Source: Rhizophagus irregularis (taxonomy: Eukaryota). Taken from it: a stretch of 64,000 nt of DNA. The stretch covers positions 3,286,001 to 3,350,000 of the forward strand of contig NC_089432.1 in NCBI RefSeq assembly GCF_026210795.1. Reading direction: 5' to 3'. The translations under genes and the position numbers were made by a program. The stretch's first letter is position 1. Every line of letters begins with the position of its first letter. Positions 40,965-53,835 of this stretch are shown here, piece by piece. A model generated the notes under the pieces. The model ran no database searches. It was given only the letters and a program-made list of their open reading frames with translations, and was not told the DNA's origin.

Positions 40965-41144
40965 ATAACAATACCAAAACGGTTGAAAACCACTTTTAAT
41001 TAAATAATCGACTATCACTATTTAATTTAAAACTATTTAATTTTTTTCATCTCATCTTTAAAAGAACTATTAATAGTTTAAATATTTCATTATATAATAT
41101 ATTTATAACCTTATTAATAAATTTTAAGATATTCATTTATTTTT

Positions 41145-41619
41145 GTGACAAGTACAATGATTAAATGTTTCCTTTTTTCAATTACTTAGTAGACATTTCC
41201 AATCTTTATACAGTTTATAAGAACTTTTTTTCGTTGTTCGATTGTAGGTATTTCTTCGAATAATCATTTTGTTCAAGTCATGCAAAACATATTAAAATAC
41301 AAAGAAGTTTGTAAAATATTTTCATAATTCCTAATATGTTCAAATGTTATATTCCAAACTACTTCCTAATTTCCTATATTTATCTATATTTATTATTTCA
41401 TCTTAAATTTAAAAATTTTTCAAAATATATATTATTCGTATATGATGTAATAAATTTTCGTAAATTTCTTTCAATAATTATATTATTCCATCGTGGTACA
41501 TATCGAATTAAAGATATATTCTCACAATTAATATCTATTTGAAATTTTGGTTTAATATTTTTTTATATTAAATTTGTAATTAATTCATGTATGATATTTC
41601 CTTAAAAATTTGACGAATT
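41145..41619 (-). pseudogene. Degenerate LINE ORF2 C-terminal fragment
   Basis: Broken minus-strand translation YVPRWNNIIIERNLRKFI...LFEEIPTIEQRKK...LYKDWKCLL...ETFNH resembles the Cys/His-rich tail of fungal non-LTR ORF2. Recognised from memory, not searched. Confidence 0.55.
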
Positions 41620-41636
41620 GTATGTTTTGATATATA

Positions 41637-41668
<32 letters not shown>

Positions 41669-44360
41669 AACTGTAGTGCATCTTTATTAAGAATTATGTC
41701 TATTGACTTCCTAAATTACAAGATACGTAGAGCCAACATGTTTATACACCATGTCAACCCTATAACAGAGTATTCCGAACTATACTACTAAAATGCATTA
41801 CAGAAAAATAATAAAATAAATACAATACCTGATAAAAATAAAATATACTAAAACTAACAGACTATTCAATTTTTGAAACCTAACTATTGAATTCTAATTT
41901 TTAAAGTGTAGGATTAAAAGTGAAATGCGTAATAGCGTCCAGGTCTGCCCTGTGCAGCTTCGAAAAGATGAGTCCCAACGGTCTCACACCCAAACAGTTT
42001 ATTCCACCAAATCCCCCTTATACCTACAAAAAATAAAAGTTAGTATTCTAAACTACATTGAATGAGTCGGAATAAAATATATTTTTGTTGTTAAATTTTG
42101 TTATCAGAATCTTTTTAACGTGAATCACGTGACTTTGATTAAAAATATAATTCATTTCTCCTCATAAATCTTTTCCTTCGCTCTTCACTTCTTGTTGTTC
42201 TTCTTCTTCGTCTTTTTCCTTCCGCTGGTCTTCTTTGATGGTGATGTCTTCAGTTCTAGTTTTTCTTCTTCTGCTGCTTCTTCCTCGTTTTCTTCGTCTT
42301 CTTCTTTGTATTGGATCGTGGAAGTGGATGGAATCAGCTCTTGTTGCCTTTTTTCTAAGTAAAATGCCTTAAAAGCCTTGTTCCTCTCCTCTTCATCCTC
42401 TATGTAACTCCATTTACTCGGCGATTCTAATATTGGTCTTTTTTCGCCGATCTTCTTTTCATCTTGGTAGCGATTTTCGTTCTCCAATCTTTGTTTAAAA
42501 TTATCATTTAGGGTAGTATATTCTTGAAATATTTTCGATTTTTCCACTAAACTTATAATCTTTTGTTCTAAACGGAAAAAATTGTTTTTTTCCAAGGCCC
42601 AATTCTTTGCTTCGTCCCAGTTTTTTATCTCATGCTCCTTGCGTAGTTCGTCTACGGCCTCGACGTTAATTTTTTCCCATTCCATTTCGTTGGACGTTTG
42701 ATTGAAGATATCTTTCACTTCCTTCAATTTATCCACCAAACTTCCATCGTGGGTTGATTCTTGATACTGAACATATTTGATTTTGTTCAATGTTCTGTAA
42801 TCTTTTATGATTTCAACCACTTCTTCAGGCGCTACGTTGTCTTTCTTCAGTTGTTACCCTTTTTCTCCGAAGTGTCATTGTGATCTGGAGTATTCTCTTC
42901 TCCTACTCTCCAATTTTTGATCATCTCAACAACTTCATTTTCGTCTGGCGTCTTGCTTATCCTTAGTGGCTTATCCGCTTTTGATGGATGTAGTAAGCTT
43001 TCTTTTCGCGAAGCGAAGTTCCCTAATTCTCTGTAAATTCTCTCCGGTGGTGTTATAGGTGTCTTCGGTTCACTGGCCAGCCGTAGAGGTAATCTTATTT
43101 TATTATCTGTAGCTATGACCTTATCCTGATCTATCTTCTCTTGCGGTTTCTTCATCCTTGTCTTATCATCACCATCTTTGTATATCGTCTTTTTGTTTCT
43201 CACTAGCCAAACTCTATTGATATCTCCTTCTGTGCATGAATCCTCCACTGCTTCTTCCATTTCTTTGAGGTTCTTGAAATATCCAATCACTTTCCAATTT
43301 TTCGTGATTTTGATAATTTTGATGAACGCCGTCTTGGAAGTTTGTTGCAGTTTCTTCGTAAAATCGTATGTATTTCCCTTCTTTATGGATTCCATTTCCT
43401 CGTTAGTTAGGTCTCTCACAGTCTGCCATTGATCCCGCTCCTGTCGTCCTTTCAAGCCTAGTTTCGCGTCGTACCATCTGATGAAATTTTTGCTAATACA
43501 AATACTGAAATATCCATTCAAGAACGTTTTTTCGAAATTTTTGTTCAATGCGATTTTTGCCTTCACGGTTTTGTATTTATATTGACCTCGAATTTGCAGT
43601 CTATATACCGTTCCTATCTTCATCAGATTTGTTCTTACGTCATCCTCGCTCCAGTATTTTGGTATATCGTAGAAAATATGTCACGTGCCTCCTTGGCCTG
43701 CTGATCATTACTGGTATTTTCGGGTAAAACTGGTATCTCTAGGATTTCTTCCCGTTTTCTCCTATTTGATGTCGATCTGCCTTTATTGGATTTCTTCGGC
43801 CGATTGATTTCTTTGTTGATATCAGTCTTAACCTTTTTTAGCTCTGATCTCGTTTTCTCTACTTCTTGTGAAATTTTCCTTATTTGCTCATTTTTCTGCG
43901 ATATTATTCGTTCCTGTGTTTTCTCCAACTTGCCTTTCTTATCCATCATGTGATCTTTCCTCCGCAGTTCTTCTCGCAGCTTTGAATTTTCCCATGAGAG
44001 TCTTTTTATTTCGTCTGTATAGACATTGAAAGACATTGCTGAACACTTTAAAACTATTTCTTGTATAGTCTCTTTTCTGCGTACAGTGTCGTTCCGTATT
44101 GACTCCAGGAAGTTCTGTTCTGTTTTGCTGAGGTTAAAGTCTCTTCGTGCTCTTTCTTGGCCTTTTACCGTTATTCTTGAGTCTACACTAGAAAAATTTT
44201 TTGTTTCTTTTAGAAACCTATATCTATATTCTGTAAATTTGTATGCTGACTCCATTTTTGAGGTTTTTTATTTGGGTTTTATTAATAAAAATACTCGTAA
44301 AAGACGTTTTTCTTTCCGCTAAAAATTTGGGCAGAATGATCGTCAGAAAGAGTTCTTGTC
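41637..44360 (-). mobile_element. Poly(A)-tailed non-LTR retroposon with an ORF1-like coding region and no reverse transcriptase
   Basis: 17-bp TSD GTATGTTTTGATATATA at 41620-36 and 44361-77; T25 tract at 41637-61 is the minus-strand poly(A); contains ORFs 44255-43635, 43623-42847 and 42820-42185. Confidence 0.85.
42185..44255 (-). pseudogene. ORF1/Gag-like nucleic-acid-binding protein (coiled coil + RRM-like), split by two frameshifts
   Basis: Coiled-coil first ORF. A frame switch near 43675 gives RDIF/FYDIPKYWSEDDVRTNLMKIGTVYRLQIR (RRM-like); a second switch lies near 42855; basic C-terminal tail. Confidence 0.55.
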
Positions 44361-44377
44361 GTATGTTTTGATATATA

Positions 44378-45330
44378 ATTATATCGGTCAAAAACAATTG
44401 ATTATCAGTAAATAGTAGTTATATTACATAACTAATTAATAAAGCAATTAAAAATGTATATTATTTTTGACGCAATAAATATAGGCTATACTAATTTTCG
44501 CCCTAGATTCCCATTGGATCCGATTTGGAATTAGCTCGGATTTCATGTGACCGGATGATTACAAATGATTACAAATCAAAAAATTCCAGATGTTGATCAA
44601 TCGAACCCGGTTCATCAGCCAGAAATCAATGGAACAAGAGGCCAAAATAAGTATAGCCAATAAATATAACATTTTTCATATTTTCGTATTTTTTCATATT
44701 AAAAAAATTATTATTTTTTTATATTTTTCTCAAATTTACGAGTATCATTTGCTAAAAAAAATATTTGTTACATCCGGAATAATTTATTGAATTACTTCTT
44801 CTTTTACTACCTTTAGAATCTAAACTATATTGTCTATCTGTAGTGTCCACAAAAAATGATAGATCCGCTTCTAATAAAATCGTACAAATATTTTCAGATT
44901 GATATCTTAAAAATATGTCTCCGATTTTTGACATCCAGTACATCATAGTACATCATGTTAAATACTGTTAATACTATATAGTTTTCTTCAATGTCATTAA
45001 CAGGTATAAAATGTTCTATGAAACATTTTTTATTTTCTAAGGTTTTTATAGGCCTTCCATATATAACTATATTATTATTATTTTCAATAATCATAGCTCC
45101 CACTATTTTGATCCAAGTCGGTTGACAGAAGTAATATACATGTCCTTTCAAATTATTATAATTTTGAAAGATGAATTCGGATACTTGAATAATTAAATTG
45201 TAACTTTTAATCGTTTCACTTTTAATTATCTTAGAAAAGTCTGCATATTTCCTTTGATTTAATTCTTTTAAACTTAAAATAAATTTTTGATCCAAAGATC
45301 TGATCTATAAATTGTCGTATAGGTCTTGAT
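44378..45330 (-). pseudogene. Probable upstream part of the same degenerate LINE ORF2
   Basis: Fragmented intronless ORFs (44894-45295, 44752-44946) and an RNase-H-like IALLI...TDNQ remnant next to the TSD. Confidence 0.35.
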
Positions 45331-45867
45331 TTACTAATTATTTCTAAAATATCTTCTTTTATTTGCAATTTCTTAAAATTTAAAATTATATTGTCACAAT
45401 AAAATAATGTTATCTAAAATAAAATATTTTTTGTACAAATTATATATTTTCCGGTAAACTATGTAAAGGATTATCTTCTAGATTAAAAGTTCAACAGTCG
45501 AATACGAGTGATTTTTCCTAAAATTCCGATTAGTTGAATATCTTTTAAATTATATATTGTAAATTACTTAATTAATTCATTCATTTACTAAATTTATCTT
45601 TATTTTCCAAATATTTTGGTAAACTGTTGCAAAAAGAAATTTTTTTGCTGATCTGCTTGTGTAATAATACTGCTGAGGGGGAACCTTCCGGCTTCCGTAT
45701 GAAACTAATGGATTTCCTGCATAATTTGTTACACAAAATATTAATTTATACGAATCAATAAATAGAAAATTATTTTTTTTTTCTTTTTTTGACTTTTTAC
45801 CGTTAACATTTTTTATTGATTTTAACCACATCTTATACTAAAATTAAAAAATAATAACAAAAAAAAA

Positions 45868-48145
45868 ATGCAAAATAACGAAAATATTGATGAATGGATT
45901 AATTGGATTGAAGAATCTATTAATAAAAAACATATCAAATATTATGAATTTGAAAATTTTAAAAATATTCAAGAAATTGGTTCCGGTACATTCGGAAAAG
46001 TTTTTCGTACAAATTGGAAAAATTTTGATCATTATTTAACGTTGAAATCTTTTTTTAATCTTAACAATATTATTTTAAAAGAAATTATTAATGAGGTAAT
46101 AATTTATAAAAAATTCGGTGTATTTTTTTTTTATTTTAAATTTTTTTTTTCCTAATTATTGTTCGTTTATCATTTAAAAGATCGAACTTCAACGAAATTT
46201 AGATTTTCATAATAATATTATTCGCTTTTATGGAATTACAAAACATGAATCAAATACTGGTAAGAATATCATAAAAGAATTTCATAATGATTGTAACAAT
46301 CAAAAGTTGAATGAAATAATTTTTTTTTTTTTATTATGCAATAATTAATAATAATTATTTTTATTAGAAAATATATTAAATCCAACAAAAGATTATTTGT
46401 TAGTAATGGAATACGCCGACAGTGGTACGCTTCGTGACTATCTAAAGAATAATTTCCATAGACTTACTTGGGATAACAAATACAATTTGGCATCCCAATT
46501 GGCTTGTTCTGTACTATGTTTACATGAAAAAGGAATTGTTCACCGGGACTTGGTATTTTATTTTTCAATATTAATAATATATATTGATTTTAACAATTAT
46601 AATTAATTCATTCTTAATTATTATAATAGCATTCTTGTAACGTGTTAGTTCATCAGGATTCCATTAAGTTGGCGGACTTTGGATTATCAAAAAGGATTGA
46701 TGAAACGTCTAAATCACAATCAAAATTACTTGGAATGATTCCCTATATTGATCCAAAAATATTAATGGATAACAATTTAAAATCAAATGAGAAAAGTGAT
46801 ATATACAGTATCGGAGTTTTGTTATGGGAAATATCGAGTGGGAAACCACCATTCCATGAAGAGAAATATGATTTTAATTTAATGTATAAAATTTCACAGG
46901 GTCGAAGGGAAATAATTGTTCCAAATACTCCTAATGATTATTCCAATCTTTATACTGGTAAATATACGTACTGTTTGTTTTATTTATTGAAATCATTATT
47001 TAATCAAATACATTTCTGTACTAATTCTAGAATGTTGGAATAATGAACCAAGTAAACGACCAACCATACATGAGGTTGTTAATAGATTAAAAGTGTTTAT
47101 TTCAAATTCAAATAGTATGAAGCAGAATGATATATCTGATCAAAATAATTCTATACCAAATGAAAATACAACTCCAAATAGTAGAGATTCATTACATGAA
47201 GAATTATCTCAAATGATCCAAAATTTTAGTAATATAAATACAAATGAAATAGATGGGATGTTTACGAATGATCAAATTAAAAAAAATCTTTCATCTGAAA
47301 AAAATTTAAGCATTATAACTAATGAAATAGTTGATCTTATTTTTAAGGAGGTTAATAAAGGAATTGAAAAAGTAGAACAACATGTTCTTGATTATCTTAA
47401 TAATTATAAAATAAAATCAGAAGAGATTTATAATTGGTTATTATTAAATAATCAAAATAATACAGAATCCATATTTTTGTTTGGATATTTTAATTACTAT
47501 GGAATTGGAACAATTAAAGACAAAGAGAAAGCATTTAGTTTATTTATTAGTGCATCAGAATTGAATCATATATTGGCACAATATTTTGTTGGAATATGTT
47601 ATGAATTTGGAAATGGAGTTACAAAAAGTAAAAGGCTGAGATTTGAATATTATGAAAAAGTAGCTAATAAAGATTATGCTATGGGACAATTTATGTTAGG
47701 TGGATTTTATGAGAGTGTTAAAAATGATCTAAAAATGGCCGCATATTGGTATGAAAAAGCTACGAATAATGGACATTTGGCAGCCACGCATAATCTTGGC
47801 CTCTTATATAAAAATGGAGATGGTGTCGATAAAAATCTTAAAAAAGCTTTTGAATTATTTAAAAAATCGGCTGAAGGAGGAAATTCAAGTGGAATAACAA
47901 TGTTAGGAAGATGCTATTGTAGTGGGATTGGAGTTAGTATTGATGAACAAAAGGCAGCCGAATTATATAAAAAAGCAGCAAATTTGGGACGTATGATAGC
48001 TCAATATAATCTTGCTGTAATGTATGAAAAAGGAAATGGGGTTGAAAAGGATTTAGATGAAGCGATTTTTTGGTATAAACAATCTGCAAAACAAGGAGAT
48101 ATAGATGCTCAAAATAGATTGAAAGAACTTAAGAAAAAAAATTAG
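45868..48145 (+). CDS. TKL-type protein kinase with C-terminal SEL1-like repeats, apparently intact
   Basis: Exons 45868-46095, 46181-46259, 46368-46552, 46630-46957 and 47031-48145 splice in frame. Motifs GSGTFG, HRDLH, DFG and repeated AQYNLA.MY..G.GV.KD...A..WY..SA..G. Confidence 0.92.
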
Positions 48146-50343
48146 ATAAAATTTACTATGTAAATTAATTAAAAAAAAATAAAAAAAAGCAATATAATTA
48201 TTTATATAATAATAAATTTATAATAGTATTAAATTGAGTATAATGAATGAGTATTCTTGTTAACATTTAAAAATATTGTGCTTTTTAAAAAAAAAAATAA
48301 TAAATGATAAAGTTATAAATATTAATTATTTTTGAGAAAAATTCCGACATGTTTCTTTATAAAATTTAATCCTTCATTGCTTTTTAACTAAATAGCTGAA
48401 CACCTAATGTATGAACAATAATATTTCTCAATATTCCAATTTTTTTACTTTGACACTATAAGACCGTTTTAATTAATTGAGGTAGATCTTTTGGGTCAAA
48501 CATGGCTGAGAATTTGCTGTATTTAAAGTGTAAAATCTCATTGTTTTTTCCATTTGTTGATTTCAGATATCCCTAAAAAAAATCCATTTAGTGAAGGTGG
48601 CATAGTGCAACAGTTAATAATATACTAAATGTAAAATTTTATCTTCTCATTTCTTTTAATATTGTTTTCATTGTGTAAAGGAGATTTTATCGATTAAATT
48701 TGAAGATAAAACTTACTGTAAGATATGAAGTCCTATAACAAAAGCCATTTGATATTTGACGCTTATAAACTTTATACTGCGGTATTTTTTGACTGAAAAT
48801 TTTGATGATCGTATCTTTTTTTCAAAATTTTCTCTTGCAAAAAGAAGAATAAAAGGTATTAATTTTTTAAGATAATTTTTTTTACAAAAAAGAAAGTGAT
48901 AAATCAAAAATAGAAATTGATTTTTAATTTTTTTAATAAAAACTGAGCCGATTTTTTTACAAAAAGAAAAAATGATACAGTGCGTTAAGAAGTTAATATA
49001 TTTCTTTTAACTAGTGATACTAATTAAATAAAATTTTTTTATTTTATAGAATGAATCTAAAACTATAATATACTATATAAAAAATTTGGCGTGATTGGAA
49101 ATGATAACAATTGATGGTTGGCTTTGACTTTTTTTAAAATTACCTATCTTATTATATTGTCCAGGACAGGACAAGGCAGAAGGACAAAGCATGATAGGAC
49201 AGGACAGGACAAAACTCTTAAACCACAATTTTGTGATTTAGAGCTGCCTGAAGTACTTTTATGTCTTAAACATTCAAATTGTAGGTTTTTGGAATTTAAA
49301 TTTGATGGTCATTTACTAAATTTAAAAAAAAAAAATTTTTCAATCACAATTTGACAAAAAAAACTTTTAATTTATTAAAGTTTGGTTTTATAAATTAAAT
49401 TAATTTTTTTGAATCGAATGGTGGCGGTTTTATCTTTCTATGATCATGGGATTTGACAAAATGTTAAAGTTCAGCATTTTACAGTGCTTTGTTTAATGTT
49501 TTTCCGAATAACTCGGCAACCATTGATCGTAGAAACTAGAAAGATGCAACATAGCTTTTAGCTAAACAAACAAAAAAGGATTTTTTTTTATTAAAACATG
49601 TCGCACTTGACATTTTTTAATAAAAAAAAAGTTATTTATCAAAATGCGTCACAACTGACATTTTTTTAACTAAAAAATCTAAAAAAAGTTTTTTTTAAGA
49701 AAAAGTCATTTTTAGTAATGAAAAAAAAAACTTAGTGTTATTATAAAAAAGTCAAGTGCGACTTTTTTTAACTAAACAAACAAAAAAAGGTTTTTTTTTA
49801 TTAATATCAGATATCCAACTCCCCATGAAAAAGAGCACTTGTTTATATAAACTTTACTGATCAACAGAAATTTTTTATTATATAAAATATAATAGATAAA
49901 TATAGTAGCCAAATTTAGGCCAAAACAAAATTTTTATATGTAAAAATTTTGATAAAATTGATGACCTAACTATGGATGAAAAAATCTTAAATTGTACGCA
50001 ATATAGTTGATAATAAAATAATCATTCAAGTTATTTATTAAAAATGTCAAAATGTTTAAATCTTATGTTTCTCAAATCAGTATTAAGAATATTTTAGAAT
50101 ACTTTAGAATTCGAAAATTTATTAGTAAATTGCTACCCTTATATATATATTTCTGAGTCCTATAATAATTATTCTTCACAGTGATGTAATTTTTTTTATA
50201 ACTCTTAATCTTGAAGTTAAATTTTTTATAATAACAAATAATAAAAAAAGAAATATGATAATATAAAATCAATGTATTGTTTTAATTTATAGTAAATATA
50301 TTGCATTCGAAAAGGTTGAGAAAATTATACATTTTTATTTTTT

Positions 50344-51825
50344 CTACTTTTTAATTACCTGAAATACTTCATAATTCCCTACAGTAAAATTAAAAGTTGG
50401 AATACCTATATTAGGATAGCAAGTAGCATTATTATCGTTATTTTTCCAATTGTCATTACCATAACATAGGAAATAACCCATATGTGGACCTCGGGTATTA
50501 TAACAAAACATAGCCTCATTTGGTCTTTTAACATAACCTAATTTTGCAGTAGAGATATTATTTCCATCTGTAAAGTTAAATAGAAAACTATCTGCCGTAT
50601 ATTTAGGTCCATATCCATTCCAATCCAGTGGATTATATCCTCCAATTAATTGTGTTGAACCTTGGATTTTTGCTATCCAAATAGTAGCTCCTTTATTATC
50701 ACAATTTCTATGAAATGACTCAGCATTAAATCCATCCCGACCTGAATGATATAACAATTTGAAATCATAAGGAATAATTTTGTTATTGTAATATGAAGAA
50801 TCTTTTCTATCAATCCAAGAAGCTAAATGTGGTTTGATTGAATTATGGTTGAATCAAGTTTAATTTTTAAATTTGGTTTTCTTGATGGGGCTACATTAGT
50901 TTTAGGTTTTGTTTCAGGAACAATGTGAAATTCCAAAAGATCATGAATTAAGTCTTGTGGTAAAATATCTTTATAATTGTAAACTTTATAAAAGAAATCT
51001 GTAGGTTTAATATCATAAAATCTAATTAGTGGAATAAACTTGTGTAATGATCTCTCAATTCTTGTCATATCATCTTTGTTCCATTTTGTTGGATCATTTT
51101 CCATATTTTGTTGAGCAAAACACCATTTCAATAAACTTTCCCAAATCTCAATTTCGTCCATGTTTAAATCTTCCCTTTTTAACAATAATTCTAATAAAGG
51201 TGCTTTTAAATTAACAAATTTATTAGAATTAAATAAAATTCTAGGTTCTTTACAGATTTTTTCAAGACAAAAATTCCATAAATCTATGAATGTTTCATGT
51301 TGATAGACAGTTTCAAGAATACCAGTTGGATTTTGATGCAAAAATTCAGTTTGATGTTTAATCAAATATTCTTGAATATGAGAAATTAATTGTTGAATAT
51401 TTAATTCATCCACAGCTATCAACAATTTCAATACATCTGGTCCTTGTAAATTTTTCAATTCAATATTTCCACTGTAAATAAACCTAAAAATTATGGGATA
51501 GCGAAAACATTCATTAATTTTATATAAAAATATGGAATGTCAAAACCATTATAATAAATAATATTTAATACCTAAGAATGATGTCAAATAAATGAGGCGA
51601 AATATTTGGTTTTCTTAAAATAAATTTTCCATCTTTTTTTTCAGCCCATTCATTAGAAAAAGCCGTGCGAAAATATTTTGACCTAATGCATAAAATATTT
51701 GAATGAGCATGGATTTCTTTAACATTTAGTTCATCTCCTGCATAAATAATAACATCATATCCTATTTCAGTTTCAAAAAGTTTTTCATAATCATTTGATA
51801 ATTCTTCTAAAAATTTTGAAGACAT
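50344..51825 (-). pseudogene. BTB/POZ-BACK-TLDc protein with a frameshift before the TLDc domain
   Basis: DVIIYAG...IHAHSNILCIRSKYF (BTB); intron 51484-51571; BACK-like middle; stop after QSNHI at 50823, while ASWIDRKD...LYHSGRDGF...FHRNCDNKGATI (TLDc) continues in another frame. Confidence 0.85.
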
Positions 51826-51954
51826 TGTTAAGAAAAGTGTGTATTTTAGAGAGAAAAAATTTGTTAACCTATTTGAAAATAAAATTAACCTTATATATTA
51901 ATTTTATGATGATCCATGTATCAACTGCGTGTGTAACAGTTTTCTTGTAGCTGA

Positions 51955-52598
51955 TGTCACGGGAATTTTAGGTATGGGAATTTATATATATATATATATA
52001 TTATTTTAATTATTTTATATAAGTTTATTTTATATAGTTTATTTTATAGTATAACGTGGCGTATGGCTTAGTGAGAACCAATTATGGCTGTGATAGACGA
52101 TTCGTACAATGGACGATTTGGCCGGAAGATGAGTCGTACTTTGGACGATTCGGACAACGGGCGAGTTGGCCAAAGAACTAATCACCCAAATTTCAAGCAA
52201 TATTTAAGGGAAGTGTTTCCGCTGGGGTTTCAAGTGCAGTGGTTCTTCGGTTATTAACACTTAGATAGAACCTTGGGAATATTACAGTGCGCCGGCAGAG
52301 GCGGTAATATTGTGGAATTCTTTGTATTTGTTAATAAAGAACCCGTCGATTGTCTTTAATTTTTATAAACTTCGTTATTGTTTTATTGTCAATTATTTCC
52401 GAATTCCGATTGTTACACATTTGATAAAAATACATTGTTTATCAGTTATCTGTTATAGTTTTATTGCTAATTATTGACGAACTCTCAATTTCCTTACGAT
52501 TTATTGCCGATTGTCGTCTATTGTTGATTGAATCCTATAAGTTAACCCTCATATATTTCTGTTACTACCCTTCCGACCCGCACAAATTGGTGGTAACA
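51955..52598. mobile_element. Solo LTR
   Basis: TGTCAC...GTAACA ends; 4-bp TSD CTGA; similar to 39884-40590 (TGTCACGGGA, AATATTACAG.GCGC, GTAATATTGT, TGT.ACTACC). Confidence 0.8.
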
Positions 52599-53835
52599 CT
52601 GATTAACACCTTTATATCTCAATAATCACATTTTCTTAATATAATAATGCGAAGATTAAACCCTAATGTGTAAGTAATAATATTTCTCAAACTCCAATTT
52701 TTTACTTTGACTATTTTATTAGCGGCTAATTCTATAGGACCGTCTAAATTAATTGAGGTGGATCTTTGGGTCAAAAGCAGTTGTCCAAAAATATGCTTGA
52801 GAATTTGCCGTATCTAAAGTTAAATCTCATTGTTTCTTCCATTTATTGAATCTTTATCTTAAGTTCAATATTTAATTGATAAAAATTCTTTACACAATAA
52901 TAGGAAAGTGAAGTCTTATAATCGATAATGATACCAACAGTAGAGCGTTTGTAAGCACTATACGCTGAATGTTTGCGCTCATTAAATCGCTTAAAAAGAA
53001 TCAGATATGTATCTTTTCCAGGAGTATTATTAAACAAAACATTCTATTTTCACATCTAAGAAATGAAAATTTGATTTTTAATTTTTTTAATAAAAACTGA
53101 CCCGAATTTTTTTCTTTGATAAAATGATACAGTGTGAGTTGCGGTTAGTATATTTCTTTAAATTTCTTGTAACCTTGTTAACTTGTGATTCAAATTAAAT
53201 TAATTTTTTTTATTTTATAGAATGAATCTTGAGAAATTCCATGTTAAATTATAACGATTGATGATCGGCATTATGATTCTAAAATACATCAGCAGTAAGC
53301 TAAATAATCTCAATTTTTGCATTTTATATTATAATATCTATGTCATCAAATTTGAATTACTTGTCAATTTTGGACTAATTAAAATTTATGATAATTTTTT
53401 TTTAAATTTTAAAAATATGCATAATCACCGAGATATTCAATTTTTTCTAACCACAATTTTTTTCTTAACACACCGTAATCAATGGTCAATTTTTTTTTTA
53501 TTACAAAAGATAAATTAAAAATGGCAAGTGATTTCCTTTTCTAACAAAAAATAATTTAAAGAAGGTAGTTTCATCTATACTAACAATATCTGAAAGTTTC
53601 TTCGTCCTTTGGAATTTAGACTAAAATGCAAAATCTAGTCCATAAATACTTCAATTTTAAAATGCAATTAAGTTTTAATATGCTGCTGTTGATCGACAAT
53701 TAATTTATGTTTACCACACTGTTTGTTACACAAGTGATTTGCCCAAATCTATAAATAGACTTTTTTTGACTTCGTTAAAAATTTTATTGCTTTTCTCCAT
53801 TTACTATTTCTATTAAAAAAAAAATAATAACAAAA

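Noticed and set aside
49550..49800. Inverted GTCGCACTTGAC/GTCAAGTGCGAC and direct CTAAACAAACAAAAAAG repeats
   Set aside because: Probably a TE remnant, but termini and TSD could not be defined.
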